The translations under genes were made by a program, and so were the position numbers. A stretch of DNA of 42,807 nucleotides from a virus (Duplodnaviria; Caudoviricetes): the IMG/VR virus record IMGVR_UViG_3300034355_000650, positions 1-42,807 of that record. One strand, 5' to 3'. Positions within the stretch are counted from its first letter, which is position 1; each line of letters begins with the position of its first letter. The notes below the pieces were generated by a model, which ran no database searches, was not told the origin of the DNA, and was given only the letters and a program-made list of their open reading frames with translations. Positions 7,996 to 17,540 of this stretch are shown in pieces.

Positions 7996-8709
7996 ATGGG
8001 ACTACTAACGCAGAATAGCGAATTAAAGCCAGACGGCATTTGGAACTGGACGCTACCCGCCTGGCAAGTAAAGCTATCTAACGGCACATGGTTCAACGCA
8101 TGCCCGCAGGCTTGCGCTTGCGTAAACCTATGCTATGCCCGTAATGGCACCTATTTGTTTCCTAACGTCAAAGCCAAACACCTAGACAACCTAGAGCGTA
8201 CTTTATCCAATTTGTGGAAGTGGCAAGAGGATATGGTTGCGGACATTAAAAGTCACAAAAAAATAACTTACGTTCGCATTCATGACGCCGGCGATTTTTA
8301 CAGTGACGACTATCTCCAAGCATGGCTTGACATTGCCGCCTTAGTGCCAGCAGTAACCTTCTATTGTTACACGAAAGAGGTAAGCCGCTTTAAGGCCATG
8401 GTCGAAGGCAATTGCCCTAAAAACTTTAAGTACCTTTACAGTTTAGGCGGCAAAGAAGACCACTTAATTAATCGAGAAAACGACAGGCACGCCGAAGTTT
8501 TTCCCGACAGCGCCGCCCTGGACGCCGCCGGCTACATGAACCAAACCAAAAGCGACTTACTAGCAATCACGCTACCCACAAACAAAATTGGGATTGAAGC
8601 CAACAACATAAAGCATTTTAGAAAAAAGCAAGGCGCTGAAACGTTTGGAAGCTTGCAGGCAACACGGGACGATAAGAAAAATCTTAGGCGCTTAAACCCA
8701 GGTAAATAA
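7996..8709 (+). CDS. GP88-family protein (Cys-cluster, radical-SAM-like)
   Basis: WTLPA, CPxAxxCxxxCYA, VRIHDAGDFYS, FYxYTK. Confidence 0.8.
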   Translation: MGLLTQNSELKPDGIWNWTLPAWQVKLSNGTWFNACPQACACVNLCYARNGTYLFPNVKAKHLDNLERTLSNLWKWQEDMVADIKSHKKITYVRIHDAGDFYSDDYLQAWLDIAALVPAVTFYCYTKEVSRFKAMVEGNCPKNFKYLYSLGGKEDHLINRENDRHAEVFPDSAALDAAGYMNQTKSDLLAITLPTNKIGIEANNIKHFRKKQGAETFGSLQATRDDKKNLRRLNPGK

Positions 8710-8711
8710 TT

Positions 8712-9446
8712 ATGATAGGACCAGCTATATTTGGAGCACTGGGAAAGTTTCTTGGCAAATTGCTGTTTGGCAATTCTAAGCCGGTAAACCAACCCAAGCC
8801 GCCGCCGCAGCCACCTAAAAAACAGCAGCTTGAAATTCGCCCGCCATCGCCGGAAGACCGGGCCCTTACACCCGTTACACCAGCAGCCCAAAAAAGCCAA
8901 GCCAGCGAGTACAAACGCCTTTACGGCATTTTGCAAACTGAACTTGCAGGCATGAAAAACAACTACCAGCGTGACAGCCAACGCCGCCGCCGTCGTGGCA
9001 AACAGCTACCACCCGAAACCACCAGGCAAGACCCAAGGCCATACGGGAAACGAGACGTTGAACGACATGGGGACTTATCCCTTCGCTATGGCTACCAGGA
9101 CGGGCAAGACGTTGATTGTGATAGCTCTTGGATTGGAGCATTCAATTTTCGCCTTTACGGCGGCGACTATGGCGGAGAGCAGGATATTCGGGACGTTGGG
9201 GACTTGACTATGGTTGTACTCAAACCCAGTTGGCGCAACATGTCAGGCCGTTACGTTTACCCTAGCGTTCCCAGGGCCGTAATGAACAGGGCAATGATGG
9301 CACCAAGTAAAGGCAAATTTTACTGGGCCGTTTTGCGCCATTATTCAAATCGTGGCGCAATAGGCCGACGCATGATGAGAACAGCGCAGCACCTAATTAA
9401 CAACCCTAACAGCCCGCACGCAGGGCCCCGACGAGGTAGAAGATGA
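8712..9446 (+). CDS. Protein with C-terminal KTSC-like domain
   Basis: DSSWI...YVYPSVP...MMAPSKGKFYW resembles KTSC (SSxI...YxYxxVP...AxSKGxYF); basic Pro-rich N-terminus. Confidence 0.55.
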   Translation: MIGPAIFGALGKFLGKLLFGNSKPVNQPKPPPQPPKKQQLEIRPPSPEDRALTPVTPAAQKSQASEYKRLYGILQTELAGMKNNYQRDSQRRRRRGKQLPPETTRQDPRPYGKRDVERHGDLSLRYGYQDGQDVDCDSSWIGAFNFRLYGGDYGGEQDIRDVGDLTMVVLKPSWRNMSGRYVYPSVPRAVMNRAMMAPSKGKFYWAVLRHYSNRGAIGRRMMRTAQHLINNPNSPHAGPRRGRR

Positions 9447-9679
9447 TCGGACCCGACGCAAACAAACCTACGTTTAAAAACCAATGCCAAGAACCTATCG
9501 ACTGGTTCAATGAAACCTACAGCAGCTATTGCGCCGCCGACTACATACGGGCCCAAGCAGCCGCCACCATGTATTTAGCCGAAGGGCTTGAAGCCTTGCG
9601 CCTTTGGTGCCGAGTGCAATCGGGGGAAATAAAGTCAAGCGAACTTGACCCGCCTGGCAGCGACGTGACAAAACCCTAG
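9443..9679 (+). CDS. Hypothetical protein
   Basis: ATGA overlap with the upstream gene. Confidence 0.6.
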   Translation: MIGPDANKPTFKNQCQEPIDWFNETYSSYCAADYIRAQAAATMYLAEGLEALRLWCRVQSGEIKSSELDPPGSDVTKP

Positions 9680-9706
9680 CAATTTTCCCAGCTAAAAAAG
9701 GAAACT

Positions 9707-10114
9707 ATGGCCAAAAAGAAAGCCGATATAAACGAGACAAAAATCAAAGCCATATGCAAGGCAATCACCTTGGGCGCTACCGTCAAGGTTGCAGCCAGCA
9801 CCGCCGGCATTGACCAAAAAACTTTGTACAATTGGCGCCAAAAGGGCAAAGACGCCAAAACGGGATTGTTTGCCAGTCTAGTTAAACGCATGGCCGCCGC
9901 TGAAAACATATTCATCGTAAACAACCTAGACAACTTAGCAAAGCATAGCGGCGTGGCATGGCAGGCGTCGGCGTGGCTACTTGAACGCCGGCACCCCGAA
10001 ATGTTTGCAAAAATCACAGACCGCAGGGAGCTTGACGAACTACGCAAAGAGATGAACGCCATACGTGGCGAAATGGCCAAGAACAGTATGGCCCGCCAAA
10101 ATGAGGGCAAATAA
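9707..10114 (+). CDS. terS: Terminase small subunit (putative)
   Basis: HTH AAxxAGIxxxTLYNW and WQASAWLLERRHP; upstream of terL. Confidence 0.7.
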   Translation: MAKKKADINETKIKAICKAITLGATVKVAASTAGIDQKTLYNWRQKGKDAKTGLFASLVKRMAAAENIFIVNNLDNLAKHSGVAWQASAWLLERRHPEMFAKITDRRELDELRKEMNAIRGEMAKNSMARQNEGK

Positions 10115-10118
10115 TCTT

Positions 10119-10739
10119 ATGCGGGTATTAGTTGCATGCGAATTTAGCGGCACAGTACGAAACGCATTTACAGCGCTAGGCCATGACGCATGGTCATGTG
10201 ATTTACTTCCCACCGATCAACCAGGGCAGCATTACCAAGGCAGCGTCGCCGGGCTCTTGGAAAGTCAGCACTGGGATTTAATGATTGCCCACCCGCCTTG
10301 CACTTACCTAAGTGTAAGCGGAATGCACTGGACAACCAGAGGCATAAGGGACCCGCAACTAACCGAAGACGCCTTAACATTCGTGCAGCTATTAATGAAA
10401 GCGCCTATCAAGCACATTGCTATAGAAAACCCAATCAGCGTTATAAGCAGCCGTATACGCAAGCCCGACCAAATCATTAACCCTTATGAGTTTGGGCACG
10501 ACGCAAGTAAAAAAACCTGTTTATGGTTGAAGAATTTACCCGTGCTTACTCCAACTAAATTAATTGCGCCCCGTGTCGTTATAACGCCCAGCGGAAAACC
10601 AGCTAACCGTTGGGGCAATCAATGCAGCAACTACGGCCAAGACAAACTACCACCAAGCCCCGATAGATGGAAAATACGGTCAAAAACATATCAAGGCATT
10701 GCCGACGCTATGGCCGCCCAATGGGGCGCCGCCCTATGA
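10119..10739 (+). CDS. DNA cytosine methyltransferase (short phage type)
   Basis: MRVLVACEFSG (motif I variant), WSCDL, IAHPPCT (catalytic PC), IENP, KKTCLWL, RSKTYxGIAxAMAxQW. Confidence 0.8.
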   Translation: MRVLVACEFSGTVRNAFTALGHDAWSCDLLPTDQPGQHYQGSVAGLLESQHWDLMIAHPPCTYLSVSGMHWTTRGIRDPQLTEDALTFVQLLMKAPIKHIAIENPISVISSRIRKPDQIINPYEFGHDASKKTCLWLKNLPVLTPTKLIAPRVVITPSGKPANRWGNQCSNYGQDKLPPSPDRWKIRSKTYQGIADAMAAQWGAAL

Positions 10740-12223
10740 AAACCGCGAGGCAAATCCTAGCTATGGCACGCCGCACCCGTGCAGAACTGGCCGCACTAAA
10801 CACCGCACTACCGGCCGACCCTATCGCTTACGCCGCCGCTAAAGGCATTCGTATTACGCCGCAACAGGCGCAGATTTTAACCGCACTTACAAAGCCGCCT
10901 TACAGCGTGCTAGTACGGGCAGCGCACGCCGTTGGCAAAACTTTTATCGCATCATTGGCGGCGTCGTGGTTCTATGACAAGCACAACCCTGGGCTAGTGC
11001 TAACAACAGCGCCGACCCATATCCAAGTAAGCGACTTGCTATTTAAAGAATTGCGAAACATTCGCCCACGTGACCCGCATTTTTTGCCCAAGGCTACACG
11101 CCTTGAAGAATCGCCCAACCACTTTATCCACGGGTTAACAGCGAATAAGGCCGACGCATTCCAAGGCCGACACGGCACCGCCCTAATGATCGTTTTTGAC
11201 GAGGCCGCCGGCGTTGACAAGATATTTTGGGAACGTGCCAGAACTATGCTATCGGACGGCCCTAGCTATTGTTTTCTTGGCATTTACAACCCGTACGACG
11301 TTAGTAGCCCAGCGTATGCAGAGGAAGCCAGCGGCAGGCATACAGTGCTTGAAATGTCGGCGCTTGATCATCCAAACGTAACCAGCAGGCAAAACATCAT
11401 ACCCGGCGCCGTTACTTACCAGCAAGTAGTTGAGCGCCTTGAGGGCGAATGCAAACGCCTTAAGGACGACGAGCCGCACCCATGGAACGCATTCACGTTT
11501 GACGGCGTCACATACCTACCCGAAGACCCGTTGTTTGAAATACAAATACTTGGCCGCTGGCCTACCAGGGCCATCAATAGCGTATGGGGCGACAGCGCCC
11601 TGGCATTGCTATTGCAACCCATGGAAGTACAACCCAATTGGCTTGTTGCAATCGGTTGCGACGTTGCCCGTTTTGGTGATGATCGTACGGTTATGGTAGT
11701 ACGCCGTGGCCGTTGCCTTATTGCCATTGAAGCGCATCGAGGTTGGACTATAACCCAAACAGCGCAGCGGCTTAAAGAATTGGCAGCCGAGCACGCCACA
11801 CCAAACCAACCAGCCAGGGCAATTCCCGTCTACATCGATGAGGGCGGACTAGGCGCCGGCGTCGTTGATTGTTGCGGCGCAGGCAATGAGCGCTATACGT
11901 TCGTCGGCGTCAACAGCGCAACCGTTTCCAACTGGCCCGGCGACTTCCCAAACCTACGCAGCGAGCTTTGGTTTTTATCGGCCGAGTTAGCCAGGGACGG
12001 CAATCTATCCATGCAGGCGCTACCACTGGCAGCCCAGCAGCAACTCCTTGCGGAACTAAAGGCGCCCGTGTTTGTCGTGGACAACATGAACCGCAGAGTA
12101 GTCGAGGCAAAGACCCAAACTAAGCGCCGCCTTGGCAAATCGCCCGACCTTGCCGACGCTTTCAATTTAGCGTGTTATTTACCGGCTAGCAACGCAGTGG
12201 AACGAGTTATAGGTCATTTATAA
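10736..12223 (+). CDS. terL: Terminase large subunit
   Basis: Walker A VRAAHAVGKT, Walker B IVFDEA, nuclease GCDVARFGDD and SPDLADA; ATGA overlap supports start 10736. Confidence 0.92.
   Translation: MKTARQILAMARRTRAELAALNTALPADPIAYAAAKGIRITPQQAQILTALTKPPYSVLVRAAHAVGKTFIASLAASWFYDKHNPGLVLTTAPTHIQVSDLLFKELRNIRPRDPHFLPKATRLEESPNHFIHGLTANKADAFQGRHGTALMIVFDEAAGVDKIFWERARTMLSDGPSYCFLGIYNPYDVSSPAYAEEASGRHTVLEMSALDHPNVTSRQNIIPGAVTYQQVVERLEGECKRLKDDEPHPWNAFTFDGVTYLPEDPLFEIQILGRWPTRAINSVWGDSALALLLQPMEVQPNWLVAIGCDVARFGDDRTVMVVRRGRCLIAIEAHRGWTITQTAQRLKELAAEHATPNQPARAIPVYIDEGGLGAGVVDCCGAGNERYTFVGVNSATVSNWPGDFPNLRSELWFLSAELARDGNLSMQALPLAAQQQLLAELKAPVFVVDNMNRRVVEAKTQTKRRLGKSPDLADAFNLACYLPASNAVERVIGHL
12212..12221 (+). 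promoter_or_regulatory. Phage motif GGTCATTTAT
   Basis: AGGTCATTTATAAGAAAGG, identical context to the copy at 25361; ATG at 12237. Confidence 0.75.
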
Positions 12224-12236
12224 GAAAGGAGTATTT

Positions 12237-12548
12237 ATGGCAGCTATTACAGTAAAAATCGATTTTAACGGCCCTGGCAATTACAGTTTGGCAGCGGCCG
12301 CCGCCGGCGTGACTAACAGCTTACTTATGGTGAGTGTAACCAACCTGGGCGGCATTACGTTCGACTTCGCAGACAGCGACAACACCCAGCTAACCGGGCC
12401 GCTGATATTTTGCGACTTAGGCCAATACGTCACAGCGTTTGGCACCCCCGCCGTGCCACTTGTCGCCGCCGACACCGGCAAAGGTTTAAACCTACGCATT
12501 AGAGACGGCGGCCGCTTATCTGGATTTTGCGTCATAGACGTTGCTTAA
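12237..12548 (+). CDS. Hypothetical virion protein
   Basis: Strong RBS; beta-rich; between terL and portal. Confidence 0.7.
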   Translation: MAAITVKIDFNGPGNYSLAAAAAGVTNSLLMVSVTNLGGITFDFADSDNTQLTGPLIFCDLGQYVTAFGTPAVPLVAADTGKGLNLRIRDGGRLSGFCVIDVA

Positions 12549-12562
12549 AAAACAGGGGCAGC

Positions 12563-14104
12563 ATGAACATTAAACAGGCGCAAGAAAGCACTAATTTTTT
12601 TGGTGCATTGCCATTCAGCCCATACGGCACTAGTAGCGACTTGTTCGCTGAACAAGGCCCGTACGGCTTCACCGACGGCGGAACCCAAGTTTATCTTGCC
12701 CGACGTGACAACCGGCTAACCGGCGAATCGTTGCCGACTTATATTAACTGGTTTCAGTTAAAAATGATTAGGGACCGCAGCCGCCTAATATGCAAAAACA
12801 ACGAATACGCCATTGCAGCCGTGAACGCCCACATTTCTTACGTCGTTGGCACCGGGCTTACTTACGTTGCAATGCCCAGGAAGAAAACAGTATCCGAAGC
12901 CGTAGTAAGGCAAGTGCAAGAACTAATCGACTTATTTAGAGAATCAGCAGAATTGCCTAATATCGAGGCCGAAACTATAAGGCGGCTACACGTTGACGGT
13001 GAATGTTTCATACGTGTTTTCCCGCAAAAAGGCGGCCTAATAGCCTTGCGCTTTATCGAACCCGAATTAGTACGCAGCCCCAGCGACAACACAACTAAAC
13101 CAGATCATTCATTCGGTATTGAATCAGACCCCGAAGACGCTCAAACCGTTCGAGGCTATTGGGTAATTGAACGCCCATTTGAAAGCCTTACGCCAACCTT
13201 GATTGAAGCCGAAAACATTTTGCATTTAAAGTTAAATACCGACTCCAATGCCAAACGTGGACTACCTACGACGTACGCAGTCGAGGGCAATTTTAAATTT
13301 TGCGAGGAACTTTTAACCAGCCTTATTACCCTGGCAAAAGCACGGGCAAAGTTTGCAGTTATTCGCAAAGTTAAAGACAGCCCCCCCGACGCCCTGGCAG
13401 CGCTATCAGCCACCAGCACCGACGCCACCATTACCGACCCTAACACTAACCAAAGTTCTAACCTTAACCGTTTTGGCTACGGCAGCATTCTCACGTCGTC
13501 AGATAATATTGATTATGAGTTTCCCGCAGCTAACCTGGACGCCGGCGGCATGGTAGAAGCATTGCAGGCAAACTTGCGTGCCATTGCTTCCAGGTACGGC
13601 ATTACCGAAACGATGATGAGCGCCGACGCCAGCAATAACAATTTTGCCAGCGCCCTAGTAGCAGAAGGGCCCGCCCACAGATCATTTAAACGCATGCAGG
13701 CAATATTAGGGCAGGCATTCGGGGAGCGCAGACTAAACCCCAACCGTAGTTTAATTTGGCGCCAAATACGTGCAGCCGTGGACCGTGGCATTTTGCCCGC
13801 CGAAGTGCTAACCGACGTTACGATTAAATGCGAAGGGCCCAGCCTGGTAACACGGGACACCGACAGAGAGGCAACAACAAACCGCACCTACTTGGAAATG
13901 GGAATAAAGAGCAAGCAGACCATATGCAGCGAACTTGGCCTAGACTACGAAACCGAGAGCAAAAATCTTAAGGCCGACCCAGCCCAGCCGCAGCAGCAGC
14001 AGCCAGGCGCCGACGGGGCACAAGGCCAACCGGCACAGGACGCCGCCGGCGCTGAGGGAGCAGGGGGAGCACCCCAGCCCGACCAACAAGCGCCCACGTT
14101 CTAA
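12563..14104 (+). CDS. Portal protein (lambda-like family)
   Basis: RDRSRxIxKNNxYA, DGECFIR, RFIEPE, GIExD, ILHLK...KRGLP, ADASNNNFAS; size and synteny. Confidence 0.85.
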   Translation: MNIKQAQESTNFFGALPFSPYGTSSDLFAEQGPYGFTDGGTQVYLARRDNRLTGESLPTYINWFQLKMIRDRSRLICKNNEYAIAAVNAHISYVVGTGLTYVAMPRKKTVSEAVVRQVQELIDLFRESAELPNIEAETIRRLHVDGECFIRVFPQKGGLIALRFIEPELVRSPSDNTTKPDHSFGIESDPEDAQTVRGYWVIERPFESLTPTLIEAENILHLKLNTDSNAKRGLPTTYAVEGNFKFCEELLTSLITLAKARAKFAVIRKVKDSPPDALAALSATSTDATITDPNTNQSSNLNRFGYGSILTSSDNIDYEFPAANLDAGGMVEALQANLRAIASRYGITETMMSADASNNNFASALVAEGPAHRSFKRMQAILGQAFGERRLNPNRSLIWRQIRAAVDRGILPAEVLTDVTIKCEGPSLVTRDTDREATTNRTYLEMGIKSKQTICSELGLDYETESKNLKADPAQPQQQQPGADGAQGQPAQDAAGAEGAGGAPQPDQQAPTF

Positions 14105-14115
14105 AAGGAACGCCG

Positions 14116-14592
14116 TTGCCTGCAACCCATGAACAAATCCTAGCCCATGAGCCCCTAGTGCTAAAAGTTGCAAGCTTTTACAAAAGCATGTCAACGGCCG
14201 AACTTGACGACCTTCAGCAACAAGGTTGGCTTGGCCTAATCAAAGCCGCAAACCATTGGGATGAATCAAAGGGCGTGACGTTTGGCGCCTATGCGGGCCT
14301 ATGGGTTAAGGGCAGCATCTACCGCTATGTTTTCGGGCGTCGGCCAGTGTGGGAAAACAGCTTCGACCCACTAATAGGCGACGAGCTTGGACTAGACCGC
14401 AGGCACGCCGCCGACGATTTAATTAATGACGCCTTGGAACTATTGCCGCCCGACCATGCCCAGGTAATGCGGGAGCGCTATTTTAATAGGGCCAGCATTA
14501 CCCAGGCAGCACGGGCCACTGGACACACCGCCGGCGACACCATGGCGCTATATGAGCAAGGCGTAGAAATGTTAAAAATTTTTACAGATTAG
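14116..14592 (+). CDS. Phage RNA polymerase sigma factor (SigB/F/G/FliA-like; regions 2 and 4 only)
   Basis: DDLQQQGWLGLIKAANHWDESKGVTFGAYAGLWVKGSI (region 2); ALELLP...VMRERYF...SITQAA (region 4); TTG start with RBS AAAGGA. Confidence 0.85.
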   Translation: MPATHEQILAHEPLVLKVASFYKSMSTAELDDLQQQGWLGLIKAANHWDESKGVTFGAYAGLWVKGSIYRYVFGRRPVWENSFDPLIGDELGLDRRHAADDLINDALELLPPDHAQVMRERYFNRASITQAARATGHTAGDTMALYEQGVEMLKIFTD

Positions 14593-14625
14593 CCAAACAC
14601 GTATGCAGGCGTGTCATTTGTTTGT

Positions 14626-15861
14626 ATGACCAGAATTATCAACATCATGGAAGACGTCATCAAAGGCTTGCCAAAAATGGCCGCCGTTGCCGTCGTGGCA
14701 CCTAGGGAAAAAACGCCAACCATTCCAGGGTGCAAGATACTTGGCTTCAAAAGCCGCAACAATCGCACCTACACAAAAGAAGCAATACAAGCAGCCGTAA
14801 GCAAGTACGAAGGCGTCAAAGTAAATTTAGACCATAACACCGGCACGGACCCCCGCAAGTTTTCAGATCGTTTTGGCCGCATGGTTAATGTGCGCTTCCA
14901 ACCAGGGCAGGGGCTTTTCGGCGACTTGCAATACAACCCAAAGCACCCGTTAGCCGAAGCGTTTCAATGGTGGATTAAAAACGACCATACCGCAATTGGC
15001 TTATCGCACAACGCAACCGCCGAAGTGCAAAACACCGCCGAGGGCGGCGAGATAGTTACAGAGATACGGGACGTTGACAGTGTGGACCTAGTGGCCGACC
15101 CAGCAACGACTCGAGGACTTTTTGAAGCCTACAACGAAAGGAACAGGACGATGAACCCCGAAGATGAAATGCCAGAAATGGCACCGCCCGCACCAATCAA
15201 CAGCGACATGGGCGACGCCCCAGTTGATGAAGCAATTGACGAAGGCGACAACTACGCCGAACACCTGGGCAACGCCATCATGGCAATCGTGAACGACGCC
15301 GGCCTAAGCGCAGCCGACAAGCGAAAAAAAATACTTGGCGCCCTTAAGTTGATGGACGACGAAGGCGCAGAGCCCGTAGAAGAAAACGACGACGAAATGA
15401 TGGACCCCGCCGCCGGCAACATGCCACCCGTTGAGCCAATCGATGAAAACGAAGACATGGAACCCGTGGAAGAAGGCGACGACGAAGCCGCAGCCATGGA
15501 AGCCGCCTTACTAGGCCCCGACGGTGAACCCGACGGCGACAAAATGCCAATGAAAAAGCCCGCTATGGAGTCGGTTCAAGTTGCAAAACTTAAGGCGCAG
15601 TTAGACGCCTACCGTGTGCAGGAAAGCTTGAGAAAAAAACGGGCCCGCCTATTGCGAACTTGCAAAGAGGCAAAAATACCAACCGAAGCAATAACAACCG
15701 TATTCGTCACGCAGCTTATGAAGCTGAAAGAATCGGCTTGGCCCAAACTTGTTGCTGACCGAAAGGCCGTAGCAAAAAGAACCATTGTTAAACCAGTCTC
15801 TACCAGCGTGGCGGCGACTGATACATATACCCAGTTTATTAACGAATTAATCAACAGCTAA
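14626..15861 (+). CDS. Prohead protease with C-terminal scaffolding domain
   Basis: SRNNRTY, VNLDH (His), IGLSHNA (Ser), SVDLVADPAT; acidic low-complexity C-terminal half; start could be 14611, 14626 or 14647. Confidence 0.8.
   Translation: MTRIINIMEDVIKGLPKMAAVAVVAPREKTPTIPGCKILGFKSRNNRTYTKEAIQAAVSKYEGVKVNLDHNTGTDPRKFSDRFGRMVNVRFQPGQGLFGDLQYNPKHPLAEAFQWWIKNDHTAIGLSHNATAEVQNTAEGGEIVTEIRDVDSVDLVADPATTRGLFEAYNERNRTMNPEDEMPEMAPPAPINSDMGDAPVDEAIDEGDNYAEHLGNAIMAIVNDAGLSAADKRKKILGALKLMDDEGAEPVEENDDEMMDPAAGNMPPVEPIDENEDMEPVEEGDDEAAAMEAALLGPDGEPDGDKMPMKKPAMESVQVAKLKAQLDAYRVQESLRKKRARLLRTCKEAKIPTEAITTVFVTQLMKLKESAWPKLVADRKAVAKRTIVKPVSTSVAATDTYTQFINELINS
15151..15861 (+). CDS. Nested in-frame scaffolding protein (putative)
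   Basis: Internal GAAAGGAACAGGACG-ATG nearly identical to the RBS contexts of ATG 15877 and ATG 16371. Confidence 0.6.
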   Translation: MNPEDEMPEMAPPAPINSDMGDAPVDEAIDEGDNYAEHLGNAIMAIVNDAGLSAADKRKKILGALKLMDDEGAEPVEENDDEMMDPAAGNMPPVEPIDENEDMEPVEEGDDEAAAMEAALLGPDGEPDGDKMPMKKPAMESVQVAKLKAQLDAYRVQESLRKKRARLLRTCKEAKIPTEAITTVFVTQLMKLKESAWPKLVADRKAVAKRTIVKPVSTSVAATDTYTQFINELINS

Positions 15862-15876
15862 GAAAGGAACAGGAAC

Positions 15877-16344
15877 ATGTCAAGATATTTATACGGCGAA
15901 ACCAACCCAGTTTCGGCAGGCGTTCAAACAGCAAACGCAATCAGCGTTGGCGACCTTGTCAGCTATGGCATGGGCAATGTTTATAAAGCATCCGAAGCCA
16001 GTTGGACCACCGACCTGGCAACAACCCAAACTAATTTTGCAGCGGCTTTTCTTGGCATATCCGGCCAGAAAAAACTTGCAGGCGAAACAAGAGTACACGG
16101 GAACAGCACCGACAACATCATTCGCATTGATTGTTCGGGCGTGTATGAATTTGCATGCGTAAACGCAAGCTATGAAATTGGCCAGTGGATCGGCGTCGCA
16201 AAAGACAGCGGCAACGCACTACTAAACGACACCGTAGCCGCCGTAAACACCAGCGCCAAAGCCATTGGAATTTGCGTTGAAGCCACAACCGGCACCAAGA
16301 TCAAAATTCAGCTTTTAAGCACCAAGAACCCCGTAGCTAAGTAA
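15877..16344 (+). CDS. Capsid decoration/cement protein
   Basis: AISVGDLV, FLGIS, GVYEF, AIGIC; between scaffold and capsid. Confidence 0.65.
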   Translation: MSRYLYGETNPVSAGVQTANAISVGDLVSYGMGNVYKASEASWTTDLATTQTNFAAAFLGISGQKKLAGETRVHGNSTDNIIRIDCSGVYEFACVNASYEIGQWIGVAKDSGNALLNDTVAAVNTSAKAIGICVEATTGTKIKIQLLSTKNPVAK

Positions 16345-16370
16345 CACAAGAACCCGAAAGGAACAGAACC

Positions 16371-17540
16371 ATGTTAGGAAATAAGCTAAAGAAATTAACT
16401 GAATCGTATGGCATTACAAAGACTGCAAAGTTTTTGGGCGACGCTATCCGAGATAAAAAAATCAGCAAGCACAGCATTAGCATTCGCCAGCTTGCCGAAT
16501 CTTTCCTGGGCCATAACTGGGCCGAAAACCTTTACCGCTACAACAGCGGCGTAAGGGTGCAGGAAGCCAGCGAAGGCGTGGACGCTTCCAGCTTCACCGC
16601 TATCACTGGGCAGCTTTTAGTAAACGAAATTAAAGACAAGTTTGACCTTGCCAAGCTTATCGGCGACGACGTTTGCGAAACAATCCCAGTAACCAACGGC
16701 AACCTAAAAGAACAAAAGGTACCATGGTTAAGCAACGTAATTGACTCAGTAGAAAAAGTTGAAGAAGGCATGCCCTACCCGCATACCACCTTTAGCCCTA
16801 ACTACATCGAGTACCCAGCAATAGAGAAAATCGGTAAAATTTGTGCCGTCACCATGGAAGCTATTTACAGCGACTTGACCGGCCAAATTCTCGACAGCGC
16901 CGGCAGCGTCGGCACCTATTGCGGCCTGGCACGTGAAGAAAGAATTTTAAAGGTAGTTCTTGGCTTGGTAAATAATCATAAGTGGAACGGCAACAGCTAC
17001 AACACTTATTTATCAAGCGGCGCATGGACCAACCTTGTTGGCAATTTTGTTCTCAAAGACTGGACCAGCGTAAACACCCTGGAACAGCTTTTCACGAATA
17101 TGCTTGACCCTAACACGGGCAAGAATATTTTGATCGAGCCAAAACAAATGCTTGTAATGCCCGCTAACCGCTACCGAGCGATTAGGGCATTTTCCGCCAA
17201 CGTTACAAGATCGGGCGACTTTGCCACCAGTGGCAACCCCGATCAAATCGAGGCACCAAACCCACTTGATAAGGACTATCAAATCCTTACAAGCCCACAC
17301 GCACGAAGGTTGCTTACAGAATCGGGCGTCTCAACTTCAATCGCCGATTCGTACGTATTCCTTGGCGACTTCAAGAAAGCCTTTATCTGGAGAGAGGCCA
17401 AGCCGCTTACCGTCGTTGAAGCGCCAGCGCAAAACCCACGTGAGTTTGAGCAAGACATTGCCTTGGCAGTGAAAGCCAGCTTAATGGGCGTAGCGGCCGT
17501 TCGGGACCCACGTTATGTGGTCTTCGGAGTAAATGATTAA
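16371..17540 (+). CDS. Major capsid protein (HK97 fold, Mu gpT-like)
   Basis: VEEGMPYP, KIGKICAVTMEAIYSDLTG, FLGDFKKAF, GVAAVRDPRYV; synteny. Confidence 0.88.
   Translation: MLGNKLKKLTESYGITKTAKFLGDAIRDKKISKHSISIRQLAESFLGHNWAENLYRYNSGVRVQEASEGVDASSFTAITGQLLVNEIKDKFDLAKLIGDDVCETIPVTNGNLKEQKVPWLSNVIDSVEKVEEGMPYPHTTFSPNYIEYPAIEKIGKICAVTMEAIYSDLTGQILDSAGSVGTYCGLAREERILKVVLGLVNNHKWNGNSYNTYLSSGAWTNLVGNFVLKDWTSVNTLEQLFTNMLDPNTGKNILIEPKQMLVMPANRYRAIRAFSANVTRSGDFATSGNPDQIEAPNPLDKDYQILTSPHARRLLTESGVSTSIADSYVFLGDFKKAFIWREAKPLTVVEAPAQNPREFEQDIALAVKASLMGVAAVRDPRYVVFGVND

Noticed and set aside
6796-10739. Type II restriction-modification pair (PD-(D/E)xK ORF plus MTase)
   Set aside because: The genes are about 2.8 kb apart in different blocks and the nuclease call is weak
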